Positions 37,648-50,103 of a stretch of 64,000 nt of DNA are shown one piece after another. The notes beneath the pieces were generated by a model. It had not been told where the DNA came from, searched no databases, and saw nothing but the letters and a program-made list of their open reading frames with translations. Numbering within the stretch: the stretch's first letter is position 1; each line of letters starts with the position of its first letter. A program made the translations under genes and the position numbers. Source of the DNA: Macrostomum hystrix (Eukaryota; Animalia; Platyhelminthes); assembly GCA_950097015.1 (NCBI GenBank), contig CATNEN010000024.1, positions 6,386,001 to 6,450,000 of the forward strand. Reading direction: 5' to 3'.

Positions 37648-37685
<38 letters not shown>
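37648..37685. repeat. (AGT)n microsatellite
   Basis: About 12 AGT units. Confidence 0.85.
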
Positions 37686-38340
37686 ACCTGGCTCGGGTAG
37701 AGTACCCGTTAGGCCAGTATTGTCGAGTATATTTGAAAAGTACGTCACAATATAACGAAAAAGACCAAAAAAATAATTCAGCGAAATATTCTTTTTGAAG
37801 CGGCGCGAGAACAGGAAATAACGAGTGATAACGACGAAAGTGACAATTATTGGTATAATGAGTTATAGAAAAAACATAGAAAAGGGTAAATTTATAAATT
37901 CAGTAGAAGCAATTCATGGGATTAAAAGAAAACTAGATGGCAGAGACAATGCGAGGAAGGAAAAAAAGCAAATGGAGTAGCATGAGGAAAGAAAGAGTTC
38001 TAGATAATTCTTAATTAATAAGCAAATGCAAAAGGTACAAAAGAAAATTAAAAAAAAATGGTATAACAGAATAATCGCGTGGAAAGCAATTGGGAGGAAG
38101 GATGGAAAATGGGGAGGCAATGTAAGCAACGAGAGCATAGTTCGCACTGAGGAAAAAAAAGTCCGTAATTAATTAAACCGAAACAAAATGGCCGACAAAA
38201 TTGCTGGTAATATATTCAAAGTAATTTGTAGGCGGAGATTATAACAATTTTGTTGAACTATTTTTTGTATTCACAATTAGGCTTTTAATAAACATATTTA
38301 AAACTTTATCAGATGTACATATCAGATATCCGCCATATAG

Positions 38341-38765
38341 GGCGGATAGCTCAGTCAGTAAAAAAAGGTGTCAGACTCTGGATCAGATGGTCATGGGTTC
38401 GATCCCGACATAGTCTAGAACTATTCATGCAGCCTTTGGCAAGCTGCTTTGCCCTGATGTGCACACAGTCTACTCAGCTGCAAATGAGTACCGAAATTTC
38501 GTACGAAAATACGAGGTATAATTCGTAATTCGAACTCGTAATTCCGGCTGGCGTGGAATAAAGCAGTTCTGTGCGGCAATTCAGTGGGTTTGAATGCTGC
38601 CGATATGTTTGGAAAAAATAAATTAGATTGCTGACACGCGGCTGTCAACCGGTGTCCTAGAGAGCCGGGGAGTACAATATAGGTGTGCAGTCCCCACCTG
38701 CTAGTGTGCTTGAAACACAAAACCTGCACTGGCCCTTGGGTCTATAGTGTCAATTATTATTATAT
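38341..38765 (+). mobile_element. tRNA-derived SINE, family B
   Basis: A box TAGCTCAGTCAG, B box GGTTCGATCCC, central GGCAAGCTGCTT...ACTCAGCTGCAAATGAGTACC similar to the family A core, ATT-type tail at about 38753-38768. Confidence 0.7.
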
Positions 38766-38955
38766 TATAGATATACATAAAAAAGCCTGAATTTTTTTAA
38801 GCTTAGATATTTATTTTCCCGTATGAACTCCCTGAAATGGATGATTTTACCATGGAAGGTTTTAAAAATGCATGCATGAAAATACCATGAACATGCATGA
38901 TTTATCAATGGATCATGGATCATATAGATGATTTATCCATGATGAGAGAGTAGGG

Positions 38956-39404
38956 CAGGGGTCGGCAAACTCCAGATGCGGCCCTCGAAGCTCCCAAATC
39001 CGGCCCGTTGCCCCTTCCGACACCTACAGTATCCTGATTAATCTTTCCCCTGTTTAATATTTCCCCTGTCTCGTCTCTTCCGTGTCTCATCTCTCCGCTG
39101 TCTCATCTCTCCCATGTCTCATCTCTCCGCTGTCTCATCTCTCCTCAGTCTCATCTCTCCCATGCCTCCCATCTCTCCTCAGTCTCGTCTCTCCCGTGTC
39201 TCATCTCTCCGCTGTCTCATCTCTCCTCAGTCTCATCTCTCCCATGTCTCATCTCTCCCATGCCTCCCGTCTCTCCTCAGTCTCGTCTCTCCCGTGCCTC
39301 ATCTCTCCCCTATCTCATTCTCATCTTTCTACAGTCAATGCGGCCCGCTGCCGTCTTTTAGGTTCTCTTTTTGGCCCACTAGCTAATAAGTTTGCCGACC
39401 CCTG
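38956..39404. mobile_element. Non-autonomous hAT (Charlie-like) DNA transposon with an internal 16-bp minisatellite
   Basis: Perfect 15-bp TIRs CAGGGGTCGGCAAAC / GTTTGCCGACCCCTG; 8-bp TSD GAGTAGGG / GGGTAGGG (7 of 8 match, central TA); subterminal GCGGCCC motifs. Confidence 0.9.
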
Positions 39405-39733
39405 GGGTAGGGGATTCTCTGGTCAACGAATTTATTACTGCATGGAAACCCTGAATTTTCGCTTTCCACTTTTTAGCAAATCAATGGGATTGAAATTAAG
39501 TGCAAGTTTGTACGTTAAGTGTATAACGTGCATTTTAAAAGGAATTCAACTCGGTCTAACTGCATAGAAAGCTAATCTCCCACTTATAGCATATACTTTA
39601 GAGGATACTATAGAGGACCACTGAGAAGGCTGATGGCTGCAATCCGGTGAAAAATATTGATTTCATCTGGTTTTACAGATAGTGAAATATTTTGCTTCGT
39701 TCAAAGCCGCTACGAGCTCTTGAGTTCTTCATG

Positions 39734-40080
39734 CAGTCCCCACTGCCCACCGGTTATTCAGTCCCCACTTCCCACCGGTTATTCAGTCCCCACTGCCTAC
39801 CGGTTATTCAGTCCCCACTTCCCACCGGTTATTCAGTCCCCACTTCCCACCGGTTATTCAGTCCCCACTTCCCACCGGTTATTCAGTCCCCACTTCCCAC
39901 CGGTTATTCAGTCCCCACTTCCCACCGGTTATTCAGTCCCCACTTCCCACCGGTTATTCAGTCCCCACTTCCCACCGGTCATTCAGTCCCCACTTCCCAC
40001 CGGTTATTCAGTCCCCACTTCCCACCGGTTTTTCAGTCCCCACTTCCCACTGGTTCTTCAGTCCCACTTTCCAGCGGTTC
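39734..40080. repeat. 25-bp minisatellite CAGTCCCCACTTCCCACCGGTTATT
   Basis: About 13 copies upstream of CDC25. Confidence 0.93.
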
Positions 40081-41170
40081 TTCAGAACTTGCTTTGCTAC
40101 CCAACTTTTACTTCGCAATTTAATTAGAGCTAGCAAGTTGACGAACGGAAAATTTGTGTTTGTTGTTGTCTATGGTTGATTTGGGTTGAATAGAATAGAA
40201 TTTTTTGCTGGTTTTTAGGTAAGTGCAACCCACAGAATACACCAAAGTGTAAATGCAAGTGCAAAGTGCAAACCAACCCATATACCCGAAGCGCTTGTTA
40301 ACATTAGATATTGCTTTATAATCGCATAGCTTAGTCTGGCGTTCTTTTGTAAGGTAAGATTGCTACTATTGTATGTACCGCCATTTTAAATGTAATTAGG
40401 GATTTTAAAGTCTGCTTTAATTAAATTTCGCTTATTTTGCAATACAAGATGTTTAGAATTGTTGCCATAAAAAACTGTGTTAAGCTAGAGAAGTTCATCC
40501 CAAGAGGAGCCAGACAGAAACACAGCACAACAAATTCGTGTATGCGTCATCAACAAATCCTCTTTTAGCCTTGTTTTGCGCACGCATTTTAGTGATTTGT
40601 TTTTCGGCTTCTCGGCCTGGCCAAAAATCCTCTTCTTTCATTCTGCTTGTCTGTCTGTCGCTCCTGTTCCAGAGTGCACAATGTAGACGGGACTCTGGGG
40701 AGCCAAAAACAACTTTTAAAGTAAAGGCTGAGAAAAGGCCCATCAGCTGTTTTGCACCACAGTCCACACTCCTCGTCTTGTCTAGTTAGTTCTTTAGTCC
40801 TTTAGTTCATGCGTACATTGATATTGATTCTGACTAAACAAGCCTTCCCTCGGCGCCGGCCCAACCCCCCTCCGCTTTACCATTGGTTAAAAATAACTAT
40901 TAAACCCGAACCCCTCAAATCATGCCGACCACCGCTTTCATTCTCTCAGCTGGGCCCAGGGCTAGGTATCAAAACAAGCTGTTGTTTCTAGGAAAATCAG
41001 ACACTGTTGCCTACGCTTTTAAGAATCGAATTACTACAAACGCACTATTATCTTTCTGATATTAATCCTCCACTAAACCCTTCGCTGCCCAACGCTCGTT
41101 TTCGTTTTTAGGTGCAGGTGGACAATTGATTTCTCAAGTTTTAGAATAAAGCGCATTCTTCAGCTATACA

Positions 41171-44004
41171 ATGCAAACTAGGCCTAGTAGTAATAGTAGC
41201 AGAAGCCAGTTCGAGACCTGGCCAAGCGAGTCTGTTGATTCACTGCCAGCGTCATTGGCAACGCCTGCTGCTGCACTCTGTCTAGATGAAACTGATAGCG
41301 ACGATAGTGTGCACCAATTCTTTACAATGGGTGGCGACAACAGCAGCAGCAGCAACAGTGCTGTCAAGTCGGGACTGCAAAAGGCTAACCCACGTGGCCA
41401 TGTCTATAACCACCAGGCCACACTACAGTCGCGCCTGCTTGACCTAGATCATGATAACGATGATGATGAAGATGAACTCGATTTACATGGAACCACCTCG
41501 CCATTTAATAGGCCAATTAGAACTGTAAGTTATTAGTTAGCTAACTTTTTGGCTGTAATGTATTTGTGTATATAAACACTTAAAACACTTTGCTAGCTAA
41601 TGAAGGGATTAAATGTAAAATTTGGTCTAGGCCTTTGCAACTAGCTAAATCTTAAACTGAGGCATAGCTAGACTATTAATAGTTCTATAAAATTTGATTA
41701 TAGTCTTTTTATTATAGATTAAAAATATCAGAAAGTTTGAGATAGTTTGGCTAGCTAGGCCTATGGACCTATCTTTACTTTTTTTATAATTCAGTGCACA
41801 ATGCACAATTGTGCATAACTATTAAACCTGAACCCCTTCAATTCAAGCCCCTAAATATCACTAGCCTACAAGTGTAGATTCATAAAATATACATTGTTAA
41901 ACAATATACTGGTTAAAAAAACAATTTTCCAGCTCTTTATAACCAACACTTATTAATAAGCAAAGTTTATATTAATGTAGAGTTATCTAAAAGGCAATAG
42001 GGACGTAGCTAAAAATAGTAATTTTTCAATTTTTATGGTAAGGGCTTGTGTTTTCTATATGAAAGCACAATAGGCCTATAGACTGTTCATATCATATAGC
42101 TATATAGGCTATGGTAGTATAGTCATTTGATTATATGGACTCTGGGGGTATATTATATATTTATATATTATATTATATTATATTATTTTACTATATTTAT
42201 ATATTATATTATATTCTTATATTTTATATTTTATATTATAATTATATATTTAATATAATTACAAGTATTTATTAAACATTATTTAAATCAGTCCCCACTG
42301 CCCACCAGCTACCAGCCTAGTCCTATGCTAAACATTACCTGATCTTCTGACATATATTCTTCTAAATTTCATAACTGTATATTCTTATTAAAAAAACTCA
42401 TAGCACTCCACGATATCAAATAATCTTTCAGTGTCAGTTAAATGTAAAAATTGTTAGTAAATCTTTAGTAAATCTAAATGTAAACAATAGTTAATGTGCA
42501 ACAATCATCTTAGTTAATATAGTTTTTATTACGAGTTTTAGAGCTCTAATTGTTTTTAAAAATATTTCTCTTTGCCACCAATTTCGTAAACTTCTGTCCC
42601 ATCAGCGCCCGCCCTCGCCGCGCCATCCCATCGCTGTCGGTTCGCTGCGCCCAACCGTCTCGGTGCCCGCTGCGGCCGCCCTGTTGTCTACCACAACCGC
42701 CGCCGCCAGCAGCCCCCAGAGTCCAGCCGTTGAGCCGCAACGTCAGGGTGGCCAACTGAAGCGGCCATCGTATTCCGCTTCGTCTTTCTCCTCCGAGGAT
42801 GACGACAATCGCCGATCTGGCCTCGGCGGTGCAAAAATTTTCAACGCCGATTACGACGTCAATGACGCCGATGCAGCCGCCGTCGCGGCGGTGTTGAAAC
42901 GTCGCCGAGTTGCCGCGCCGCTAGGAGACGCATCGAATCTGCTGACGTCCGAGAAGTCGGCAACAGCTGCCGCTGATAGGCGAGCTGCTCTGCCCAACAA
43001 GCTGTCCCGCTGCATGAGCGAGAGCAACGACCTGGGCCGCAATTCCGCCATCGACAACAGCGCCCGCATCGACAAGGCTATCGATTCCATCGACTCGCTT
43101 AACCTGATTGGCAACTCCGAGCAGACGCACTCCCTGCCAACTGTGAAATCCTTGGATTATGGCATTCGCTCTGTCACTCCGGACACCTTAGCCAAGCTGC
43201 TGGCTGGCCAATTTGCTGATCGGGTCAGTCGTTACGTCATCGTCGACTGCCGCTACCCGTTCGAATTCGAGGGCGGGCACATTCGCGGCGCGGTGAATCT
43301 CTACAGGCCGGAGGTGCTGCTTGAGCAGCTGCTGACTGGTGCCAGCTCGCCGTCGAGCAGCAGCCAGATGGTGATTGTCTTTCACTGCGAGTTTAGCAGC
43401 CAGCGAGCTCCCCGCATGGCCAGGCTGCTGCGCCAGCAGGATCGGGAAATCAATGCGGATAATTATCCCCAGCTGCATTATCCTGAGATCTACGTGCTGC
43501 AGGGTGGCTACAAGGCGTTTTACGAGGCGCACAAGGTGAACTTCGGATTTTGGATTCAAATATAGCAAAGTTGTAGTTCAATTAGAAAAACTAAATCAAA
43601 ACTTTGAGAGAGTGAGTGGCGGAGTGAAGTCGAATTTTACCCGAGCTCTTTTAAAACCCGAGTTTTTATTTGTTATTCGGGGATTTTAGCCTAGTGGTCA
43701 GAGGGCCGGACTCGCGACATTTTGGTCCGGGGTTCGATTCCCGACTCTACAAGAGCTGTTAAATGGGTACTGGCCCTGGCCGAACTATGCATATGTAATC
43801 AGGGGTAATAATATTATTAGCTAAATGATTACTAAGCATTTATTTCTCACCCAGTCGGACTGCGAGCCCCTCGGCTACACCAAGATGTGTGATCCCAGCT
43901 ACTCAGAACAGCTCATCCTATTTGAGAAGCTGGGCCGCGCCTGGGAGCGCCAGAACTCTCGATCGAAGCACTCACGCCTGCAGCGGCTGGCCGCTCTGCA
44001 CTGA
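41171..44004 (+). CDS. CDC25: Cdc25 M-phase inducer phosphatase; exons 41171-41524, 42606-43535, 43855-44004; 477 aa
   Basis: IVDCRYPFEFEGGHIRGAVN, active site HCEFSSQRAP, LHYPEIYVLQGGYKAFY, CEPLGYTKM; both introns are phase 0 GT-AG. Confidence 0.95.
43683..43772 (+). mobile_element. Internally deleted SINE (family A-like) in CDC25 intron 2
   Basis: TAGCCTAGTGG (43687) and GGTTCGATTCC (43731) followed almost directly by AGCTGTTAAATGGGTAC (43754-43770). Confidence 0.65.
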
Positions 44005-45264
44005 GGCTGGCACCGGTCTGAGCCTGCCTAGTGACAGGTTTAAGTACACCTGCACCCAATCCAATACAATGGAACTTTGACAGTTATCGAGAGTTGAGCT
44101 AGCTATACTCAAAAATCGCAACTCGCCAGTCTTTTCATTAGCTCTATTAACAATTTTCAACCTTCGTCTTTTAATAAACATTTAATATTGTCCCATTTTT
44201 TATTTTGTATATCGTAGAGCAACTGTTATTTCTCAATCCCCTCACCCGGCACACTGTAGATGTATTTTCTGTACCCGGATCGGACCCTAATATGTTAGCT
44301 AATATCGATAATATTGATATCGATTACTATTCTGCGACAAATCGGTCGCTCACAAAATGACAATGAGTATAAAACGATGTGTTTAATTTTTTTGGTTCAG
44401 TGTGTCACAGACCAGTACCTGACTGATGCTCCTTAATATAATTGGTTTTATTTTTGCCTCGCGTCTGTGTAATTAATATCCTATTTTTATTAAATAATAT
44501 ATCTGATGGATATCTACTATACCCTGAAATGTGCCCAGCTTTAATATCTGCTATTTTTACAAATGGCCACTTACTGACTTACGTTATTAGTCTGTTTTTA
44601 TTGCAATACTCATTTAATATATAATATAGTAGTTTCTATTTTTTATTAATCAATAAGAATGCGGCTAAACTTAATGCATACGTTTTTTTTTTATTTGCCA
44701 AATTCCAATTTTGTGCTACTTTCTTAAGTAGTGTCGGCAGGATATTTGACCGCATTTCGATAATTATGCAAGCCCATGTGAAATGCGGCCCACTGTGCTA
44801 CTATTTAATATTTTTTACTTTCGTTTCCTTTTATCTCTGACGCAATTTAATAATTGGTTTTTACACTAGCCATTTGAAGGCGTTTAAAGTACATTGAGTA
44901 AGTACATTGATATCATCTTGCTCAACATTGATTTTCCGTCAGACTGTAGCTGCAAAAATGAATAGGATATTTGACTACAAAGGCGATTTGGAGACCGTGT
45001 GACCCGACCAGCCAAACTGTGCTGTAGAGTGAGGATTTGTTTTAAATAAACCGTGGAAATGATAAAAGTCGTGTAATGAACGATAGCCTAAAAAATACTG
45101 CTCATTATTTTGTCTGCACTTTTTTGGCAAAATTGTTTCCGTAAAAATTGCTGTTTTAGAAGTAACTGATGACTGACTTAAATAATTGTTATAGGGTGTG
45201 GTAAATGACGCAAATTAGTGGCATAGAACACTAATTTATAGTGTGTCATCATTAATCATCATCT

Positions 45265-48200
45265 AGAAATGATGACCCAAATGATTGGTATGGAAGTGGA
45301 TAATTGATGACCCTAATGATTGGTATGGAAGTGGATAATTGATGACCCAAATCATTGGCATGGAAGTGGATCTAATTGATGAACCAAATCATTGGTGGAA
45401 GTGGATCTAATTAATGAACCAAATCATTGGCATGGAAGTGGATCTAATTGATGAACCAAATCATTGGCATGGAAGTGGATCTAATTGATGAACCAAATCA
45501 TTGGTGGAAGTGGATCTAATTAATGAACCAAATCATTGGCATGGAAGTGGATCTAATTGATGAACCAAATCATTGGTGGAAGTGGATCTAATTGATGAAC
45601 CAAATCATTGGTATGGAAGTGGATCTAATTGATGAACCAAATCATTGGTATGGAAGTGGATCTAATTGATGAACCAATTCATTGGTATGGAAGTGGATCT
45701 AATTGATGAACCAATTCATTGGTATGGAAGTGGATCTAATTGATGAACCAAATCATTGGTATGGAAGTGGATCTAATTGATGAACCAAATCATTGGTATG
45801 GAAGTGGATCTAATTGATGAACCAAATCATTGGTATGGAAGTGGATCTAATTGATGACCCAAATCATTGGTATGGAAGCGGATCTAATTGATGAACCAAA
45901 TCATTGGTATGGAAGTGGATCTAATTGATGAACCAAATCATTGGTATGGAAGTGGATCTAATTGGTGAACCAAATCATTGGTATGGAAGTGGATCTAATT
46001 GATGAACCAAATCATTGGTATGGAAGTGGATCTAATTGATGAACCAAATCATTGGTATGGAAGTGGATCTAATTGATTACCCAAATCATTGGTATGGAAG
46101 TGGATCTAATTGGTGAACCAAATCATTGGTATGGAAGTGGATCTAATTGATGAACCAAATCATTGGTATGGAAGTGGATCTAATTGGTGAACCAAATCAT
46201 TGGTATGGAAGTGGATCTAATTGATGAACCAAATCATTGGTATGAAAGCGGATCTAATTGATGAACCAAATCATTGGTATGGAAGTGGATCTAATTGATG
46301 AACCAAATCATTGGTATGGAAGTGGATCTAATTGGTGAACCAAATCATTGGTATGGAAGTGGATCTAATTGATGACCCAAATGATTGGTATGGAAGTGGA
46401 TCTAATTGATGAACCAAATCATTGGTATGGAAGTGGATCTAATTGATGAACCAAATCATTGGTATGGAAGTGGATCTAATTGGTGAACCAAATCATTGGT
46501 ATGGAAGTGGATCTAATTGATTACCCAAATCATTGGTATGGAAGTGGATCTAATTGGTGAACCAAATCATTGGTATGGAAGTGGATCTAATTGATGACCC
46601 AAATCATTGGTATGGAAGTGGATCTAATTGATGACCCAAATCATTGGTATGGAAGTGGATCTAATTGATGAACCAAATCATTGGTATGGAAGTGGATCTA
46701 ATTGATTACCCAAATCATTGGTATGGAAGTGGATGTAATTGGTGAACCAAATCATTGGTATGGAAGTGGATCTAATTGATTACCCAAATCATTGGATGGA
46801 AGTGGATCTAATTGATGAACCAAATCATTGGTATGGAAGTGGATCTAATTGGTGAACCAAATCATTGGTATGGAAGTGGATCTAATTGATGAACCAAATC
46901 ATTGGTATGGAAGCGGATCTAATTGATGAACCAAATCATTGGTATGGAAGTGGATCTAATTGATGAACCAAATCATTGGTATGGAAGTGGATCTAATTGA
47001 TTACCCAAATCATTGGTATGGAAGTGGATCTAATTGATGAACCAAATCATTGGTATGGAAGTGGATCTAATTGATGAACCAAATCATTGGTATGGAAGTG
47101 GATCTAATTGATGACCCAAATGATTGGTATGGAAGTGGATCTAATTGATGAACCAAATCATTGGTATGGAAGTGGATCTAATTGATGAACCAAATCATTG
47201 GTATGGAAGTGGATCTAATTGATGACCCAAATGATTGGTATGGAAGTGGATCTAATTGATGAACCAAATCATTGGTATGGAAGTGGATCTAATTGATGAA
47301 CCAATTCATTGGATGGAAGTGGATCTAATTGATGAACCAAATCATTGGTATGGAAGTGGATCTAATTGATGACCCAAATCATTGGTATGGAAGCGGATCT
47401 AATTGATGAACCAAATCATTGGTATGGAAGTGGATCTAATTGATTACCCAAATCATTGGTATGGAAGTGGATCTAATTGATGAACCAAATCATTGGTATG
47501 GAAGCGGATCTAATTGATGAACCAAATCATTGGTATGGAAGTGGATCTAATTGATTACCCAAATCATTGGTATGGAAGTGGATCTAATTGATGAACCAAA
47601 TCATTGGTATGGAAGCGGATCTAATTGATGAACCAAATCATTGGTATGGAAGTGGATCTAATTGATTACCCAAATCATTGGTATGGAAGTGGATCTAATT
47701 GATGAACCAAATCATTGGTATGGAAGCGGATCTAATTGATGAACCAAATCATTGGTATGGAAGTGGATCTAATTGATGAACCAAATCATTGGTATGGAAG
47801 TGGATCTAATTGATTACCCAAATCATTGGTATGGAAGTGGATCTAATTGATGAACCAAATCATTGGTATGGAAGTGGATCTAATTGATGAACCAAATCAT
47901 TGGTATGGAAGTGGATCTAATTGATGAACCAAATCATTGGTATGGAAGTGGATCTAATTGATGAACCAAATCATTGGTATGGAAGTGGATCTAATTGATG
48001 AACCAAATCATTGGTATGGAAGTGGATCTAATTGATGAACCAAATCATTGGTATGGAAGTGGATCTAATTGATGAACCAAATCATTGGTATGGAAGTGGA
48101 TCTAATTGATGAACCAAATCATTGGTATGGAAGTGGATCTAATTGATGACCCAAATCATTGGTATGGAAGTGGATCTAATTGATGACCCAAATCATTGGT

Positions 48201-49215
48201 ATGGAAGTGGATCTAATTGATTACCCAAATCATTGGTATGGAAGTGGATCTAATTGATGAACCAAATCATTGGTATGGAAGTGGATCTAATTGATGAACC
48301 AAATCATTGGTATGGAAGTGGATCTAATTGATGAACCAAATCATTGGTATGGAAGTGGATCTAATTGATGACCCAAATCATTGGTATGGAAGTGGATCTA
48401 ATTGATGACCCAAATCATTGGTATGGAAGTGGATCTAATTGATGACCCAAATCATTGGTATGGAAGTGGATCTAATTGATGAACCAAATCATTGGTATGG
48501 AAGTGGATCTAATTGATGACCCAAATCATTGGTATGGAAGTGGATCTAATTGATGAACCAAATCATTGGTATGGAAGTGGATCTAATTGATGACCCAAAT
48601 CATTGGTATGGAAGTGGATCTAATTGATGAACCAAATCATTGGTATGGAAGTGGATCTAATTGATGACCCAAATCATTGGTATGGAAGTGGATCTAATTG
48701 ATGACCCAAATCATTGGTATGGAAGTGGATCTAATTGATGACCCAATTCATTGGTATGGAAGTGGATCTAATTGATGAACCAAATCATTGGTATGGAAGT
48801 GGATCTAATTGATGACCCAATTCATTCGCATTGAAAACAGATGACCTAAATCAGTGGCATGGAAGTGGAAAATGGATGACCCAAATCATTGGTATGGAAG
48901 TGGATCTAATTGATGACCCAATTCATTCGCATGGAAAACAGATGACCTAAATCAGTGGCATGGAAGTGGAAAATGGATGACCAAAATCATTGGTATGGAA
49001 GTGGATCTAATTGATGACCCAATTCATTCGCATTGAAAACAGATGACCTAAATCAGTGGCATGGAAGTGGAAAATGGATGACCCAAATGATTGGTATGGA
49101 AGTGGATCTAATTGATGACCCAATTCATTCGCATGGAAAACAGATGACCTAAATCAGTGGCATGGAAGTGGAAGATGGATGACCCAAATCATTGGTATGG
49201 AAGTGGAAAATGACT
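45265..49215. repeat. 37-bp satellite ATTGGTATGGAAGTGGATCTAATTGATGAACCAAATC, about 3.9 kb
   Basis: About 95-100 copies between the convergent CDC25 and ZDHHC 3' ends; longer composite units at the right end. Confidence 0.96.
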
Positions 49216-49737
49216 GACCAAAATCAGTATCAGATACATTGTGAGCATGAGTTAATTCTCTAATAAGTCACAAAGCAGTTCTCTCAGATTTGCTGAATGA
49301 ATTGCAACTGAGGAATGTGCGTATTATAATTATTGACTTGCAAAATGCAGGCCAGCAAATACAAATAGTAGGAAAAGTTGCAATAAGGCGAGATTCAGCA
49401 GAGCAAAACATGTCGACAACTGGAAATTAAAACCTTTTAAGGCACAAAATCTGACGAACGAGCTTATTAAAAAGACAAGCTTGAGATTACCAGCACTCGA
49501 TAGCACACAATTAGATTCATAAAAGCGACAAGAGTAGAGAAATCTGCTTGAAATCAGAAATAAATAAAAAGGTACGCAACAAAAAATCAGAAACGCCCGG
49601 CAGCTGCAGCATGGGCTACTCACGGCTGCAATTAAGTCACGCTGCCTTTAGGCTAAAAGTACTTTGTTTTGTCATGATTCGATACAATACAATGCTTCAT
49701 ACCAATAATTAAACCTGCAAGCAGTTGACAATAAACT

Positions 49738-50103
49738 GTCAGTCACACAGCATTCACTAGCCAATGCCAGTCACTCACACAGCATTCACTAGCCAATGCC
49801 AGTCAGTCACACAGCATTCACTAGCCAATGCCAGTCACTCACACAGCATTCACTAGCCAATGCCAGTCAGTCACACAGCATTCACTAGCCAATGCCAGTA
49901 AGTCACACAGCATTCACTAGCCAATGCCAGTCAGTCACACAGCATTCACTAGCCAATGCCAGTAAGTCACACAGCATTCACTAGCCAATGCCAGTCAGTC
50001 ACGCAGCATTCACTAGCCAATGCTGCAGTCAGTCACACAGCATTCACTAGCCAATGCCAGTCAGTCACACAGCATTCACTAGCCAATGCCAGTCACTCAC
50101 ACA
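49738..50103. repeat. 32-bp minisatellite AGTCACACAGCATTCACTAGCCAATGCCAGTC overlapping the ZDHHC stop
   Basis: About 11 copies. Confidence 0.93.

Noticed and set aside
37790-37812. TTTGAA-GCGGCGCGAG as a CDE/CHR cell-cycle element
   Set aside because: The order and spacing do not match the CDE-N4-CHR arrangement, and no TSS is known here.
40538-40991. ORFs upstream of CDC25
   Set aside because: No homology or coding bias; a strong acceptor near 40674 suggests non-coding 5' exons at most.
43383-43415. CDC25 active site HCEFSSQRAP as an inactivating change
   Set aside because: The catalytic HCX5R is intact, and the variable positions differ among known Cdc25 proteins.
22211-49215. 25-37-bp repeats as CRISPR arrays
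   Set aside because: The units are directly head-to-tail with no unique spacers, there are no cas genes, and the context is eukaryotic introns.
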